64,000 bases of DNA from an uncultured Bacteroidales bacterium (GTDB lineage Bacteria; Bacteroidota; Bacteroidia; Bacteroidales; VadinHA17), in NCBI GenBank assembly GCA_963732365.1, contig CAVSZC010000007.1, forward strand, positions 8,625-72,624, written 5' to 3'. The translations under genes were made by a program, and so were the position numbers. A model generated the notes under the pieces. It was not told where the DNA came from and ran no database searches. It saw nothing but the letters and a program-made list of their open reading frames with translations. Shown here one piece after another: positions 18,448 to 28,727 of this stretch. Positions within the stretch are counted from its first letter, which is position 1. Each line of letters opens with the position of its first letter.

Positions 18448-19994
18448 GCTCTTGCATCTCCGTTATATGGTAAAAAAACTGAAAACCGGCTGCCCTTTCC
18501 CGGCTCGCTTTCGACAGATATGTTACCACCGTGGGCATCTGTTATGGCCTTGGCATAATGCAGTCCCAGCCCGAAACCTTTAACATTATGTATGTTGCCC
18601 GTCGCCTCACGGTAGAACCGCTCGAAGACACGGCTCTGAACTGCCCGCGACATCCCCTTCCCCTTGTCTTCCACAACAATAATTACACCCCTGTCATCTG
18701 AAAAGGTACTGACGGTGATCTCCGGAGCACTCTCGGAATATTTGTTGGCATTGTCAAGGAGATTATGTATGACATTGCGAAGGTGCTCAGCATCACCTCC
18801 AATAACGCTCCTTTCAGCATCGAGATGCCGCCTGATCACCCCTCCCCTTTCGGTTACCTGTATCTCAACCGTTTCAATAGCCTTCGTTATCACTTCGTGG
18901 ATGTCTGTCTCGCTGAAATCGAACTCCACCTCATGCCTGTCAAGGGTGGCGATCTGAAGGATCGACTCTACCTGCCGGTTCATGCGGGCATTTTCCTTCT
19001 TGATCATGCCGGCGAAATGCCTGACCTTCTCCTCATCAGATATTACCTTGTTGTTTGTGATGGTGTCAGCGGCAAGAGAGATGGTGGCAATAGGGGTCTT
19101 GAACTCGTGAGTCATGTTGTTGATGAAGTCTGACTTCATCTCTGAAATCTTCTTCTGGGAAATAATAAACCACAGGCTGAGGGCAAATGTTGAAAGTATG
19201 ATCAGTGAAAAGAGCCCCGACCCTCCAAGGATAAGTGCAATTGAACCTAGTACATAGTTGGTCTTGTAGGGAAAGACGACAGAGACAGTCTCCCCCTTCC
19301 TGATTAACCCTTCCGAAAACAGGGTGACCTGGTACGGACTGCTCTTAAACTCTTTCTCTTTAACCTTCGACCAGATGCCGTCAGACAGGGTATCACCCCT
19401 GATGATTGCAAACTCGAAAGGTGTATTAATCCCTGAAGCCACCAGCTCCCCCTTCAGCGTCCGGGTCAGTTCTTCCTTGTCAATTTCAAGTTCCTTCTCC
19501 CATACAAACATCTCGGTGATAAGCTGGTTGCTCATAGACTGAAACTCGCCCGCCCTCCGTTGCATCCATTGCATGTACTCATCTGAGTCAATTACCACCT
19601 CCTGCTGTGCCACAGTGCCGGCAGCATCACGTGCGACCTTCATCCTGACAGGCGGATCGTTGTTGGTGGTGACTACTATCTCAACTGAATCCTTATCCGA
19701 GACAGAAGAACTTTCAATGGTCAGGCTTCCCGAGAAGCGGCTTTGCATGTTGCCCTGATGCTGCAGCTGCGGTGATGACGGATAACCACTGATAAGCATT
19801 TGATTGAGGAAGTTCATGCGGCGCGATGACTCCATCGACCTCGCAGTGTTACGCAGGCTGTTTATTACAAAAAAGTCGAACTGATCATTCCTGACCTTAA
19901 TGGCATTGCCAATCCAGGTCACCTGAACCCAGATGATCCCACCGAGGGATAAAGCCATTAATAGTATCAGCCCTACGAATTTCCTTCTGTTCAT
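18444..19994 (-). CDS. Sensor histidine kinase (HisKA plus HATPase_c)
   Basis: 516 aa. H-box NMTHEFKTPIATI, N-box NLLDNANKYS, G-boxes DKGKGM and GFGLGL. Two TM segments. 4-nt overlap with the regulator gene. Confidence 0.9.
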   Translation of the reverse strand: MNRRKFVGLILLMALSLGGIIWVQVTWIGNAIKVRNDQFDFFVINSLRNTARSMESSRRMNFLNQMLISGYPSSPQLQHQGNMQSRFSGSLTIESSSVSDKDSVEIVVTTNNDPPVRMKVARDAAGTVAQQEVVIDSDEYMQWMQRRAGEFQSMSNQLITEMFVWEKELEIDKEELTRTLKGELVASGINTPFEFAIIRGDTLSDGIWSKVKEKEFKSSPYQVTLFSEGLIRKGETVSVVFPYKTNYVLGSIALILGGSGLFSLIILSTFALSLWFIISQKKISEMKSDFINNMTHEFKTPIATISLAADTITNNKVISDEEKVRHFAGMIKKENARMNRQVESILQIATLDRHEVEFDFSETDIHEVITKAIETVEIQVTERGGVIRRHLDAERSVIGGDAEHLRNVIHNLLDNANKYSESAPEITVSTFSDDRGVIIVVEDKGKGMSRAVQSRVFERFYREATGNIHNVKGFGLGLHYAKAITDAHGGNISVESEPGKGSRFSVFLPYNGDARA

Positions 19995-20167
19995 GTCACA
20001 AAATTATATATATAAATAAGTCCTGAAGACGTTTTAACTTTTTGTTAACCCGTTTTAACCTGACTTTAACCACATGCCTGTTTTTATGAATTATTTTTGT
20101 AGCATAAATCTTTGGCACATGGTTCGGATTGAGAAGTACACTGTGATAATAACAAACGGAGCGGTTG

Positions 20168-20287
20168 ATGCCGAAGAAAAAGATAAAAGAGACAGACCTC
20201 ATTCTTGCAGAGGTAAAAATGATACAGGGAATTAAACAGTATTTTTTTCTGCTGCAGATGCCCACGACTCGGGTGCAGCATTCATAG
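20168..20287 (+). CDS. Speculative 39-aa small ORF (MPKKKIKETDLILAEVKMIQGIKQYFFLLQMPTTRVQHS)
   Basis: Below the ORF-track size cutoff; I translated it by hand. It is the only plus-strand ORF that ends just upstream of the plus-oriented terminator at 20321-20355. It could equally be part of a non-coding transcript. Confidence 0.15.
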   Translation: MPKKKIKETDLILAEVKMIQGIKQYFFLLQMPTTRVQHS

Positions 20288-20320
20288 GTTGGGTTTTAGG
20301 TTAGTTTTAGGTTAGGTTGG

Positions 20321-20355
20321 GAAGAGACGCGGCAGAGGCGTCTCTTCTTTTTTTT
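20321..20355 (+). terminator. Rho-independent terminator oriented for the plus strand
   Basis: GAAGAGACGC-GGCAGAG-GCGTCTCTTC (10-bp stem) followed by T8. On the minus strand the hairpin is followed by CCCAACCTAACC, with no U tract. Confidence 0.55.
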
Positions 20356-20361
20356 GGGCCA

Positions 20362-21048
20362 TCATATCTCGGAAAAGAGCCGCCATACCTTATCCTCGGG
20401 AAGAGGAGCTTCAACATTTATTTCCTCCTTCTTTACCGGATGGATGAACGAGATGCGCCGTGCATGAAGAGATATGCCTCCTCCTTCATTTGATCTTTTC
20501 GATCCGTACTTCAGGTCACCCCTGACAGGACATCCCGCAGCAGCCAGCTGTGCCCTGATCTGATGGTGCCTGCCGGTCTGCAGATCAATCTCAACCAGGT
20601 AAAAGCTTGAAGAGCGACCAATGATGCGGTATGATAGGGTTGCCTCCTTTGATCCCTTCACCTCCTTATCATATACATACGATTTGTTCTGCTGCTCGTT
20701 CTTCTTGAGGAAGTTGCGCAACACCCCCTCTTCAGCGGGCGGACGCTCGGTGACGATCGCCCAGTAACTCTTCTTCACATCCCTGGTCCTGAAGAGCTCG
20801 CTCAGACGTGTAAGGGCCTTCGATGTGCGTGCATAGATGACACATCCGCTCACCGGCCTGTCGAGACGATGCACGACACCGAGAAAGACATCCCCGGGCT
20901 TATTGTACTTCTCCCTTATATATTGCTTTACAGCAGCGTCAAGCGGCTCATCGCCGGTGCTGTCACCCTGAACCAGATCAGAGGAGCGCTTGTTAACAAT
21001 AATTAAATGATTGTCTTCGTATAATACTGACGGTCCGTTCTTTCCCAT
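20362..21048 (-). CDS. RluA-family pseudouridine synthase
   Basis: 228 aa. Catalytic HRLDRPVSG motif and SLHARRISFIHP. Confidence 0.85.
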   Translation of the reverse strand: MGKNGPSVLYEDNHLIIVNKRSSDLVQGDSTGDEPLDAAVKQYIREKYNKPGDVFLGVVHRLDRPVSGCVIYARTSKALTRLSELFRTRDVKKSYWAIVTERPPAEEGVLRNFLKKNEQQNKSYVYDKEVKGSKEATLSYRIIGRSSSFYLVEIDLQTGRHHQIRAQLAAAGCPVRGDLKYGSKRSNEGGGISLHARRISFIHPVKKEEINVEAPLPEDKVWRLFSEI

Positions 21049-21870
21049 TTAATACTGCTCCTTTTCGTTCGGGAAATCGCGTGATCTCACGTCTGCTATG
21101 TAATGCTGCACCGCACCCTTGATCTCGTCATGCAGGTTATGATACCTTCTCAGGAAGCGCGGTGAGAACTCCAGGTTCAGACCCAGCATGTCATGCAGGA
21201 CGAGAACCTGACCGTCAACCTGAGGCCCGGCACCTATTCCTATCACAGGAACCTTTACCATCTCAGATACCTCCCCTGCCAGCGCGGCAGGGATCTTTTC
21301 AACCACAATGGCAAAACACCCTGCCTTCTCGATGATCAGAGCATCCTCCTTCAGCTTCCTCGCCTCCTCCTCTTCCTTCGCCCGAACGACATAGGTCCCG
21401 AACTTGTGTATCGACTGCGGCGTCAGCCCCAGATGACCCATGACAGGGATCCCGGCTGAGAGTATCCTTTCAATCGATTCGGCAATCTCACGCCCTCCCT
21501 CCATCTTGACAGCGCTGGCACCGGTCTCCTTCATGATCCTGATGGCTGAGGCAAGCGCTTCACGTGAGTTGCCCTGATATGTTCCAAAGGGGAGGTCCAC
21601 AACCACAAGAGCCCTCCTGACACCCCTTACCACAGAGGCAGCATGATAGATCATGTTGTCGAGAGTGATCGGCAGCGTGGTTTCAAAGCCCGCCATCACA
21701 TTGGATGCCGAGTCACCAACGAGGATGATGTCAATACCTGACTCATCAAGTATCCTCGCCATCGAAAAGTCATACCCGGTAAGCATGGCTATCTTCTCGC
21801 CCTTGAGCTTCATCTCAACAAGCACATGGGTGGTTATCTTCTTAACAACTTTGTGTACTGACATGACCAT
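21049..21870 (-). CDS. panB: 3-methyl-2-oxobutanoate hydroxymethyltransferase
   Basis: 273 aa. [32 protein letters not shown], and an overall PanB pattern. Confidence 0.9.
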   Translation of the reverse strand: MVMSVHKVVKKITTHVLVEMKLKGEKIAMLTGYDFSMARILDESGIDIILVGDSASNVMAGFETTLPITLDNMIYHAASVVRGVRRALVVVDLPFGTYQGNSREALASAIRIMKETGASAVKMEGGREIAESIERILSAGIPVMGHLGLTPQSIHKFGTYVVRAKEEEEARKLKEDALIIEKAGCFAIVVEKIPAALAGEVSEMVKVPVIGIGAGPQVDGQVLVLHDMLGLNLEFSPRFLRRYHNLHDEIKGAVQHYIADVRSRDFPNEKEQY

Positions 21871-22100
21871 TTATATTATTGCCGGAGACAAAGCTACGAA
21901 ATAAGAGGAAGAGTTGCATGGAATCACTTTTATTTGACATTATACTGCCTTTTTGTCATACTGATAAAAACCGTTTGGGGATTACTTATCAATTTATCAT
22001 GACAGAATTTCATTACTGAGCCTTCATTAAGACGGTGGCATAGACATTGTCATAAGGAGAAATATCAGTAACGGAAGCATAAAAAACTAAATATATCAAA

Positions 22101-24029
22101 ATGGGAAAAATTATCGGTATTGACCTTGGAACTACAAACTCATGCGTCTCAGTAATGGAGGGCAATGAGCCTGTGGTTATACCAAACAGTGAAGGCAAAA
22201 GGACCACCCCGTCGGTGGTGGCGTTCCTCGAGAACGGCGAGCGCAAGGTAGGAGACCCTGCCAAGAGACAGGCTATCACCAACCCTCGCAAGACCGTCTC
22301 TTCAATCAAGAGATTCATGGGCAGGAGCTATGACGAGGTTACCAATGAGATGAAGAAACTCACCTATGAGGTTATACGCGGTGACAATAACACCCCCAGG
22401 GTGAAGATAGATGACCGTAACTATTCTCCACAGGAGATCTCTGCCATCGTTCTTCAGAAGATGAAGAAGACCGCTGAGGATTACCTTGGTCAGGAAGTTA
22501 CTGAAGCCGTCATAACTGTCCCCGCTTACTTCAACGATTCTCAGCGTCAGGCCACAAAAGAGGCAGGCGAGATCGCAGGACTGAAAGTAAAGAGGATCAT
22601 CAACGAGCCGACGGCAGCATCACTTGCATATGGCCTTGACAAGAAGTCACAGGATCTTAAGATAGCCGTATTCGACCTGGGAGGCGGCACATTTGACATT
22701 TCAATACTGGAGCTTGGTGACGGCGTCTTCGAGGTTAAGTCAACCAACGGAGACACACACCTCGGCGGCGATGACTTTGACAACCTTGTCATAGACTGGC
22801 TGGCAGACGAGTTTCAGAAAGAAGAAGGGATCGACCTGCGCAAGGACCCGATGGCCCTGCAGAGACTCAAAGAGGCTGCGGAGAAGGCAAAGATAGAGCT
22901 CTCAAGCACATCGAATACGGAGATCAATCTCCCCTATATCATGCCTGTAAACGGAATACCCAAGCACCTTGTCAAGAATCTATCAAGGGCTCAGTTCGAG
23001 AAACTCACTGACAAGCTCATCAACTCAGTGATCGAACCGTGCCGCAAGGCTCTCGATGACGCAGGTATGAAGACATCGGATATTGACGAGGTTCTGCTTG
23101 TTGGAGGATCAACACGTATCCCTGCCATTCAGCAGGTAGTCGAGAAGTTTTTCGGCAAGGCACCTTCAAAGGGGGTGAACCCTGACGAGGTAGTTGCCGT
23201 AGGCGCTGCAATACAGGGCGGCGTTCTCACCGGTGAGGTGAAGGATGTGCTGCTGCTTGACGTCACTCCGCTATCCCTTGGCATTGAGACCATGGGAGGC
23301 GTTATGACGAGACTGATCGAGTCAAACACAACCATCCCGACAAGAAAGACCGAGACCTTCACCACCGCCAGCGACAGCCAGCCGTCAGTGGAGATACATG
23401 TACTGCAGGGAGAGAGACCTATGGCCTCAGGCAATAAGACCATCGGCCGGTTCCATCTTGACGGCATACCGCCAGCCCCCAGAGGAATACCTCAGATAGA
23501 GGTAACCTTCGATATCGATGCGAACGGTATCCTCCATGTCTCGGCAAAAGACAGGGGAACAGGCAAGGAACAAAGGATACGTATCGAAGCCTCATCAGGA
23601 CTGAGCGACGATGAGATACGCCGTATGCGCGAAGAGGCTAAAGCCAATGAGAATGCCGACAAGACCGCCAGGGAGATGGCTGACAAGGTTAATGCTGCCG
23701 ACAGCATGATCTTCCAGACAGAAAAACAGCTTAAGGAGTTTGGCGACAAGATACCGTCTGACAAGAGAGGCCGCATCGAGACAGCCCTCAGCTCACTGCG
23801 CGAAGCTCACAAGAACAGGGACGTAGCGGCAATAGACAGCACACTGGCAGAGATAAATGCCGCATGGCAGGCCGCCTCTGAAGATATGTACAAAGCCTCA
23901 CAGGGTGCCGGACAACAGGCAGGCCCACAGGCAGGCCCACAGGCAGGCCAAACAGGCGGTGACGCCTCCGGCGGCAAACAGGGTGGCGAAGAACAGGTGA
24001 CCGACGTCGATTTCGAAGAGGTTAAGTAA
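22101..24029 (+). CDS. dnaK: Molecular chaperone DnaK (Hsp70)
   Basis: 642 aa. [19 protein letters not shown], and a C-terminal EEVDFEEVK-type tail. Confidence 0.98.
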   Translation: MGKIIGIDLGTTNSCVSVMEGNEPVVIPNSEGKRTTPSVVAFLENGERKVGDPAKRQAITNPRKTVSSIKRFMGRSYDEVTNEMKKLTYEVIRGDNNTPRVKIDDRNYSPQEISAIVLQKMKKTAEDYLGQEVTEAVITVPAYFNDSQRQATKEAGEIAGLKVKRIINEPTAASLAYGLDKKSQDLKIAVFDLGGGTFDISILELGDGVFEVKSTNGDTHLGGDDFDNLVIDWLADEFQKEEGIDLRKDPMALQRLKEAAEKAKIELSSTSNTEINLPYIMPVNGIPKHLVKNLSRAQFEKLTDKLINSVIEPCRKALDDAGMKTSDIDEVLLVGGSTRIPAIQQVVEKFFGKAPSKGVNPDEVVAVGAAIQGGVLTGEVKDVLLLDVTPLSLGIETMGGVMTRLIESNTTIPTRKTETFTTASDSQPSVEIHVLQGERPMASGNKTIGRFHLDGIPPAPRGIPQIEVTFDIDANGILHVSAKDRGTGKEQRIRIEASSGLSDDEIRRMREEAKANENADKTAREMADKVNAADSMIFQTEKQLKEFGDKIPSDKRGRIETALSSLREAHKNRDVAAIDSTLAEINAAWQAASEDMYKASQGAGQQAGPQAGPQAGQTGGDASGGKQGGEEQVTDVDFEEVK

Positions 24030-24048
24030 AGATAACAGCAGCAATGCC

Positions 24049-24086
24049 AGAGCCGCCACGGGAATTCCCGCGGCGGCTCTTCATTT
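24049..24086 (+). terminator. dnaK terminator hairpin
   Basis: AGAGCCGCC-ACGGGAATTCCCGC-GGCGGCTCT, about 15 bp of nested pairing, followed by TCATTT. Confidence 0.6.
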
Positions 24087-24167
24087 AAGTTTAAAAATCA
24101 CGGGTAAAATTATTTGACCCTCTACAAGGGTCTATTAAAATGATTGCATTCAATTCTACAATAATTC

Positions 24168-24611
24168 GATGATCTACGATCATCTCATTATAGATATGCA
24201 GAGCATATTGCGTCATAATCCAAAAGCCTTTTTCTGATCTTCGCAGAAGATCAAATTATTATTCTGCCAAAATAAGCCCGATGATCTGCGATCATCTCAT
24301 TATGAATTGCTGAGGACATTCCGTGATACCTCCCTGTTTCTTCTATGATCTTCGTAGAAGATCAAATTATTATTCTGCCAAAATAAGCCGATGATCTGCG
24401 ATCATCTCATTATAGATATGCAGAGCATATTGCGTCATAATCCAAAAGCCTTTTTCTGATCTTCGCAGAAGATCAAATTATTATTCTGCCAAAATAAGCC
24501 CGATGATCTGCGATCATCTCATTATGAATTGCTCAGGACATTCCGTGATACCTCCCTGTTTCTTCTATGATCTTCGTAGAAGATCATATTATTGTAGAAA
24601 TGTGCGTTTAA
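24168..24611. repeat. Tandem 2 x ~222 bp composite repeat, each unit made of two ~111-bp subunits sharing GATC-rich triloop palindromes
   Basis: GATGATC-T(A/G)C-GATCATC at 24168, 24280, 24390 and 24502. TGATCTTC-G(C/T)A-GAAGATCA at 24235, 24346, 24457 and 24568. The two central ~45-bp segments alternate in the order A, B, A, B. The two copies differ at only a few positions. Confidence 0.9.
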
Positions 24612-24680
24612 GTATGGAGGATGGTCGTAGACCATCAAATAATCAACGCTTGTTATTATCTTAGCGAATAATTAATCCCG

Positions 24681-25457
24681 ATGAAAACAGGTATCCTCAT
24701 TTCAGCTTTAATCATTTGGCTGCCATTTCTTTGCCATTCCCAGAATCTGACCGATTCAACCGGCAGAAAACAGGGGCCGTGGATAAAAAAGTATCCCAAC
24801 GGCAAAACTATGTATGAAGCCACATTCAGGGATGACAAACCTGTTGGACTTTTCAAAAGATATGATGCCGACGGTAACCCTCAGTCTGAACTGACCTACA
24901 ACGAAAAAAACGATGAGGTAAAGGCTGTCTTCTTCTACCCTGACGGACGAAAAGCAGGTGAAGGAACTTACATAAACAGAAAGAAAGAGGGCCCATGGAG
25001 ATTCTATCCGTCAACGGAACCTCAATACATGATAGGCGAGGAATATTATCACAATGACGTTAAACACGGCCTGGCCCGCAAGTTTCACCCTGACGGTACC
25101 CTGGCGGAGAGTATCACCTGGGACAACGGCAAGAGGACAGGAGGATGGATGCAATATTACCCAGATGGCAAAATATCACTCAGGGCTGAATATATCGACG
25201 GCAAACTGAACGGCCCTTTTTCATTCTACCATCCCAACGGAAAACTGCAGTTTGAAGGCAAGTATAAAGATGACTTCCGCGACGGAGACTGGATGGTATT
25301 CAATGAAGACGGCTCACTCAAACAGGTGATGGTTTACAGGCAGGGGCGACTGTCTGATCCGCAATATTCCGAGAAAGAGACAGAGTTTCTCGATGAGCTT
25401 GAGAAAAACAGGGGCAAAATAAAGATCCCGGATATCAGCGGCAACATAATCAAGTGA
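24681..25457 (+). CDS. MORN-repeat variant protein (YwqK-like), secreted
   Basis: 258 aa with a signal peptide and repeated G.W..YYP.GK / G.F..Y..NG units. Confidence 0.7.
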   Translation: MKTGILISALIIWLPFLCHSQNLTDSTGRKQGPWIKKYPNGKTMYEATFRDDKPVGLFKRYDADGNPQSELTYNEKNDEVKAVFFYPDGRKAGEGTYINRKKEGPWRFYPSTEPQYMIGEEYYHNDVKHGLARKFHPDGTLAESITWDNGKRTGGWMQYYPDGKISLRAEYIDGKLNGPFSFYHPNGKLQFEGKYKDDFRDGDWMVFNEDGSLKQVMVYRQGRLSDPQYSEKETEFLDELEKNRGKIKIPDISGNIIK

Positions 25458-27106
25458 TGACAAGATTTCTGACAGTTACAGTACTCTTGCTGAGCCTGAC
25501 CTTTGAGGTCACAGATGCTCAGACCGGAAAGAGTCCGGACTATAACCTGTTATATTTCTACCGAGTCTGTTTTACTGATAAGGGGGGCGTCACCGTTTCC
25601 GATTTCACACCTGAAGATCTTCTCTCTCCGGATGCAATAGAGAGAAGGGAGAAATGCGGAATTGAACCCCTGACAGAAAGTGATCTGCCGGTCAATGAGG
25701 CTTATATCAACACCGTGACACAGACGGGACTGAAATTCCACATATCGTCAAAATGGATGAACTCAGCCCTGTTCAGCTCACACTCTGAAATCAATCCTGC
25801 TGACATCGAAGAAATACCGTTTGTAAGGGAGGTGGTGCTTGTCAAACGGCCGGCAGACCCCTCAAAGGGAAAAATTGAAAAATACGGCACTCTGTCACCT
25901 GGAAGTGACCTGAGCACTTTTAACCCCCTCGTCCCACTTAACGGCGTCCCGCTCCATCAGTCAGGCTTTACCGGAAAGAGTCTCACCATAGCAGTGTTCG
26001 ACGCCGGATTCCGCAACGCTGACAGGGTCGAGTCACTGACGCCGCTCATGCAGCGCGGAGGAGTCATCGCCACTTGGGACTTTGTAACGGGGCAGAATAA
26101 CGTATATGATTATCACGGCCACGGCACAGCAGTACTTACTATCCTGGCCGGCGATCTCCCTGACATAATCTCAGGCTCCGCACCGGGGGCAAACTATATG
26201 CTCTTCCGTACGGAAGACGACGAGTCTGAGTACCCAGTTGAGCAGGACTACTGGGCAGCAGCAGCTGAGTATGCCGACAGCGCCGGAGCCGACATAATAT
26301 CCTCTTCCCTGGGTTATTATATGTTCGATGATCCGTCAATGGACTATGCCTTCAGTGACATGGACGGCGACAGGGCCTTCGTCACGAAGGCAGCCGATGC
26401 AGCCGCCTCAAAGGGGATACTGGTAGTGGCCAGTGCAGGCAATGAACGGAACAAGGTGTGGGTGCGGATCCTCGCTCCGTCAGACGGTGACAGCGTCATG
26501 TGCATCGGAGCCCTGAAACAGGACCTTACGATATCAGACTTTTCATCAGCCGGCTACTCCGCCGACGGCCAGGTAAAACCAGACGTGGTCGCCCCCGGAG
26601 TGAGCCTGCCTCTGCAGTATGAGCCCGGCAAATGGCAGACAGGCAGCGGAACATCGTTCTCATGCCCTGTCATAAGCGGACTGTGCGCGTCACTCATGCA
26701 GGCTGTGCCTGAAGCAACAGCAGCCGAAGTGGCAAAAGCCGTACGCGAGAGCAGCGACCGGTTCAACAACCCCGACTCGCTCTACGGATACGGAATCCCT
26801 GACTTCATCACAGCACTCAAAAGCCTTGAAGAGATATACACCTACAAACCTGATGTCAGCATCACCGCCGGTCCCAACCCCTTCTTTGATGAGATAAACC
26901 TGTGGTTCCGGGAAACACCTGAAAAACTGTCTGTTACAGTGACAAACGGAACCGGAAGGATCGTCATGAGAAGAGAGTATCCTGTTTACTCAGGGCGATC
27001 ACACAAGCTCACCGGCTTCGAAGGTATGGCGGAGGGATTATTCATTGTGGATGTCAAAACAAGCCATGGCGGGAAGGTCTTCAAAATGGTCAGACTGAAG
27101 AGATGA
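25454..27106 (+). CDS. S8 (subtilisin) family serine peptidase with a T9SS type A C-terminal sorting domain
   Basis: Catalytic triad contexts VFDAGF, HGHGTAV and GSGTSFSCP. The C-terminus (GPNPFFDEINLWF...GLFIVDVKT..GKVFKMVRLK) is Por_Secre_tail-like. Confidence 0.85.
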   Translation: MMTRFLTVTVLLLSLTFEVTDAQTGKSPDYNLLYFYRVCFTDKGGVTVSDFTPEDLLSPDAIERREKCGIEPLTESDLPVNEAYINTVTQTGLKFHISSKWMNSALFSSHSEINPADIEEIPFVREVVLVKRPADPSKGKIEKYGTLSPGSDLSTFNPLVPLNGVPLHQSGFTGKSLTIAVFDAGFRNADRVESLTPLMQRGGVIATWDFVTGQNNVYDYHGHGTAVLTILAGDLPDIISGSAPGANYMLFRTEDDESEYPVEQDYWAAAAEYADSAGADIISSSLGYYMFDDPSMDYAFSDMDGDRAFVTKAADAAASKGILVVASAGNERNKVWVRILAPSDGDSVMCIGALKQDLTISDFSSAGYSADGQVKPDVVAPGVSLPLQYEPGKWQTGSGTSFSCPVISGLCASLMQAVPEATAAEVAKAVRESSDRFNNPDSLYGYGIPDFITALKSLEEIYTYKPDVSITAGPNPFFDEINLWFRETPEKLSVTVTNGTGRIVMRREYPVYSGRSHKLTGFEGMAEGLFIVDVKTSHGGKVFKMVRLKR

Positions 27107-28359
27107 ATAATGTCGAGAAACTGACTCTCACCGAGCTGCAGGAGGTGATACGGGACAAACTGTATGAGTCCCTCCCCGGCTTCTTCTGGGTTGTGGCAGA
27201 GATAGCTGAGATGAAGGTCAATTCCTCCGGACACTGTTACCTCGAACTTACAGGAAGCGAAAAACCCGGAGGAAGAGTTGCCTCCAGAGCCAGGGCAACT
27301 ATCTGGGCAGCCAGGTTCCGCTCACTCAATACCTTTTTTACCGCCACGACAGGGATACCGCTGCGGCAGGGAATAACAATACTTTTCAAAGCGACGGTTG
27401 AATATCATGAGTTGTACGGTCTCAGCCTGAATATTTCAGACCTCGATCCGTCATACACTGCCGGAGACATGGCTCTCAGACGTGAAGCCATCATCAGAAG
27501 ACTTACCGGCGATGGGGTCATGACAATGAACCGGGACCTCGACCTGCCTCCCTATCCCAGGTATATAGCTGTCATCTCCTCATCAAAGGCTGCCGGGTAC
27601 CAGGATTTCATCAACCACCTCACCCGTAATCCCTACGGGTACGTTTTTGTGCCACAGCTGTTCGAGACGGTCATGCAGGGCGAGACAACGGAACATTCAG
27701 TAATGGAGTCACTTGACATTATCTCCGGTGAGGCGGCACGCTTTGATGCTGTCGTTATTATCAGGGGCGGAGGCTCAACAACAGACCTTAGCTGGTTCGA
27801 CAGCTATGACATTGCATATCACGTCACACAATTCCCCCTGCCCGTAATTACCGGTATCGGGCATGAAAAAGATCTTTCCGTTACTGACATGGTAGCATGG
27901 AGATCACTAAAGACACCTACAGCAGTAGCCGACTTCCTTGTCGGACAGGCACTTGACTGCGAGAACCATATCGTGGAAATGGCAGAGACGCTCTCTTCTG
28001 CCGCCGGAGATATCATCACCTCGGCAGGGGAACAACTGGCATCACTCCTGAATCGTACAACAGCTACAGCACGCCTGCACCTCAGGGTAAAAAGCGAACA
28101 GCTCATCCATCATACGGAAAATCTCAGGAAGTCGGGATATAATTCAATACGCTCAGCAAATGATACAGCAGAGAGGCTGGAACAGTCTCTGAAACACCTC
28201 GATCCGGCCGGAGTGATGAAAAGGGGATTTACCATAACCACAAAAGAAGGACAAATCATTCGCTCATCTGCCGATCTGCATCCCGGCGATACGGTTCTTA
28301 CACACTTTGACGACGGAAAGGCTTCCAGCACTGTACGAGAAACAAGTTCAAAAATATAA
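27103..28359 (+). CDS. xseA: Exodeoxyribonuclease VII large subunit
   Basis: 418 aa. N-terminal OB fold (FWVVAEIAEMKVNSSGHCYLEL), IIRGGGS and PVITGIGHEKD motifs. Confidence 0.9.
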   Translation: MNNVEKLTLTELQEVIRDKLYESLPGFFWVVAEIAEMKVNSSGHCYLELTGSEKPGGRVASRARATIWAARFRSLNTFFTATTGIPLRQGITILFKATVEYHELYGLSLNISDLDPSYTAGDMALRREAIIRRLTGDGVMTMNRDLDLPPYPRYIAVISSSKAAGYQDFINHLTRNPYGYVFVPQLFETVMQGETTEHSVMESLDIISGEAARFDAVVIIRGGGSTTDLSWFDSYDIAYHVTQFPLPVITGIGHEKDLSVTDMVAWRSLKTPTAVADFLVGQALDCENHIVEMAETLSSAAGDIITSAGEQLASLLNRTTATARLHLRVKSEQLIHHTENLRKSGYNSIRSANDTAERLEQSLKHLDPAGVMKRGFTITTKEGQIIRSSADLHPGDTVLTHFDDGKASSTVRETSSKI

Positions 28360-28563
28360 ATGATGGCAAAGAAAGAGATCGGATTCAACGAGGCAGTAAA
28401 AGGTATTGAGGAGATCCTTAAAAATATCGAGGAGGGAGAACCCGATATCGACAGACTCTCTGCTGACGTTGAAAAAGCTGCAGGACTCATAAAGATCTGC
28501 CGCGCAAGACTGCGTGAGACAGAGGAAAAAATCGATGGGATTATGAAGGATCTGAGGTCATAA
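28360..28563 (+). CDS. xseB: Exodeoxyribonuclease VII small subunit
   Basis: 67 aa, immediately after xseA. The FNEAVKGIEEILKNIEEGEPDID pattern is typical of XseB. Confidence 0.85.
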   Translation: MMAKKEIGFNEAVKGIEEILKNIEEGEPDIDRLSADVEKAAGLIKICRARLRETEEKIDGIMKDLRS

Positions 28564-28727
28564 ATCAAGGAGGGCCGCCTCTTGCGAAACGGCCCTCAAC
28601 TCGAAACCCTAACCTAAATTCCAGAAAACTAACTCTTCTGCTGGAAAACTACCTTCATTAATTAAACGTATAAGTATAGTGAATTGTTTCAATAAGAAAC
28701 AGAAATTCTCTGTTTTTTTTTCAACTG

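Noticed and set aside
21871-22100. CIRCE/HrcA operator upstream of dnaK.
   Set aside because: There is no TTAGCACTC-n9-GAGTGCTAA-like inverted repeat in the panB-dnaK divergent region.
24168-24611. Possible CRISPR array: a regular ~111-bp period with conserved palindromic repeats and variable cores.
   Set aside because: The spacer-like cores are only two sequences alternating A, B, A, B, so this is a tandem duplication. The repeat portions (~65 bp) are longer than CRISPR repeats. No cas genes or leader are present in the window.
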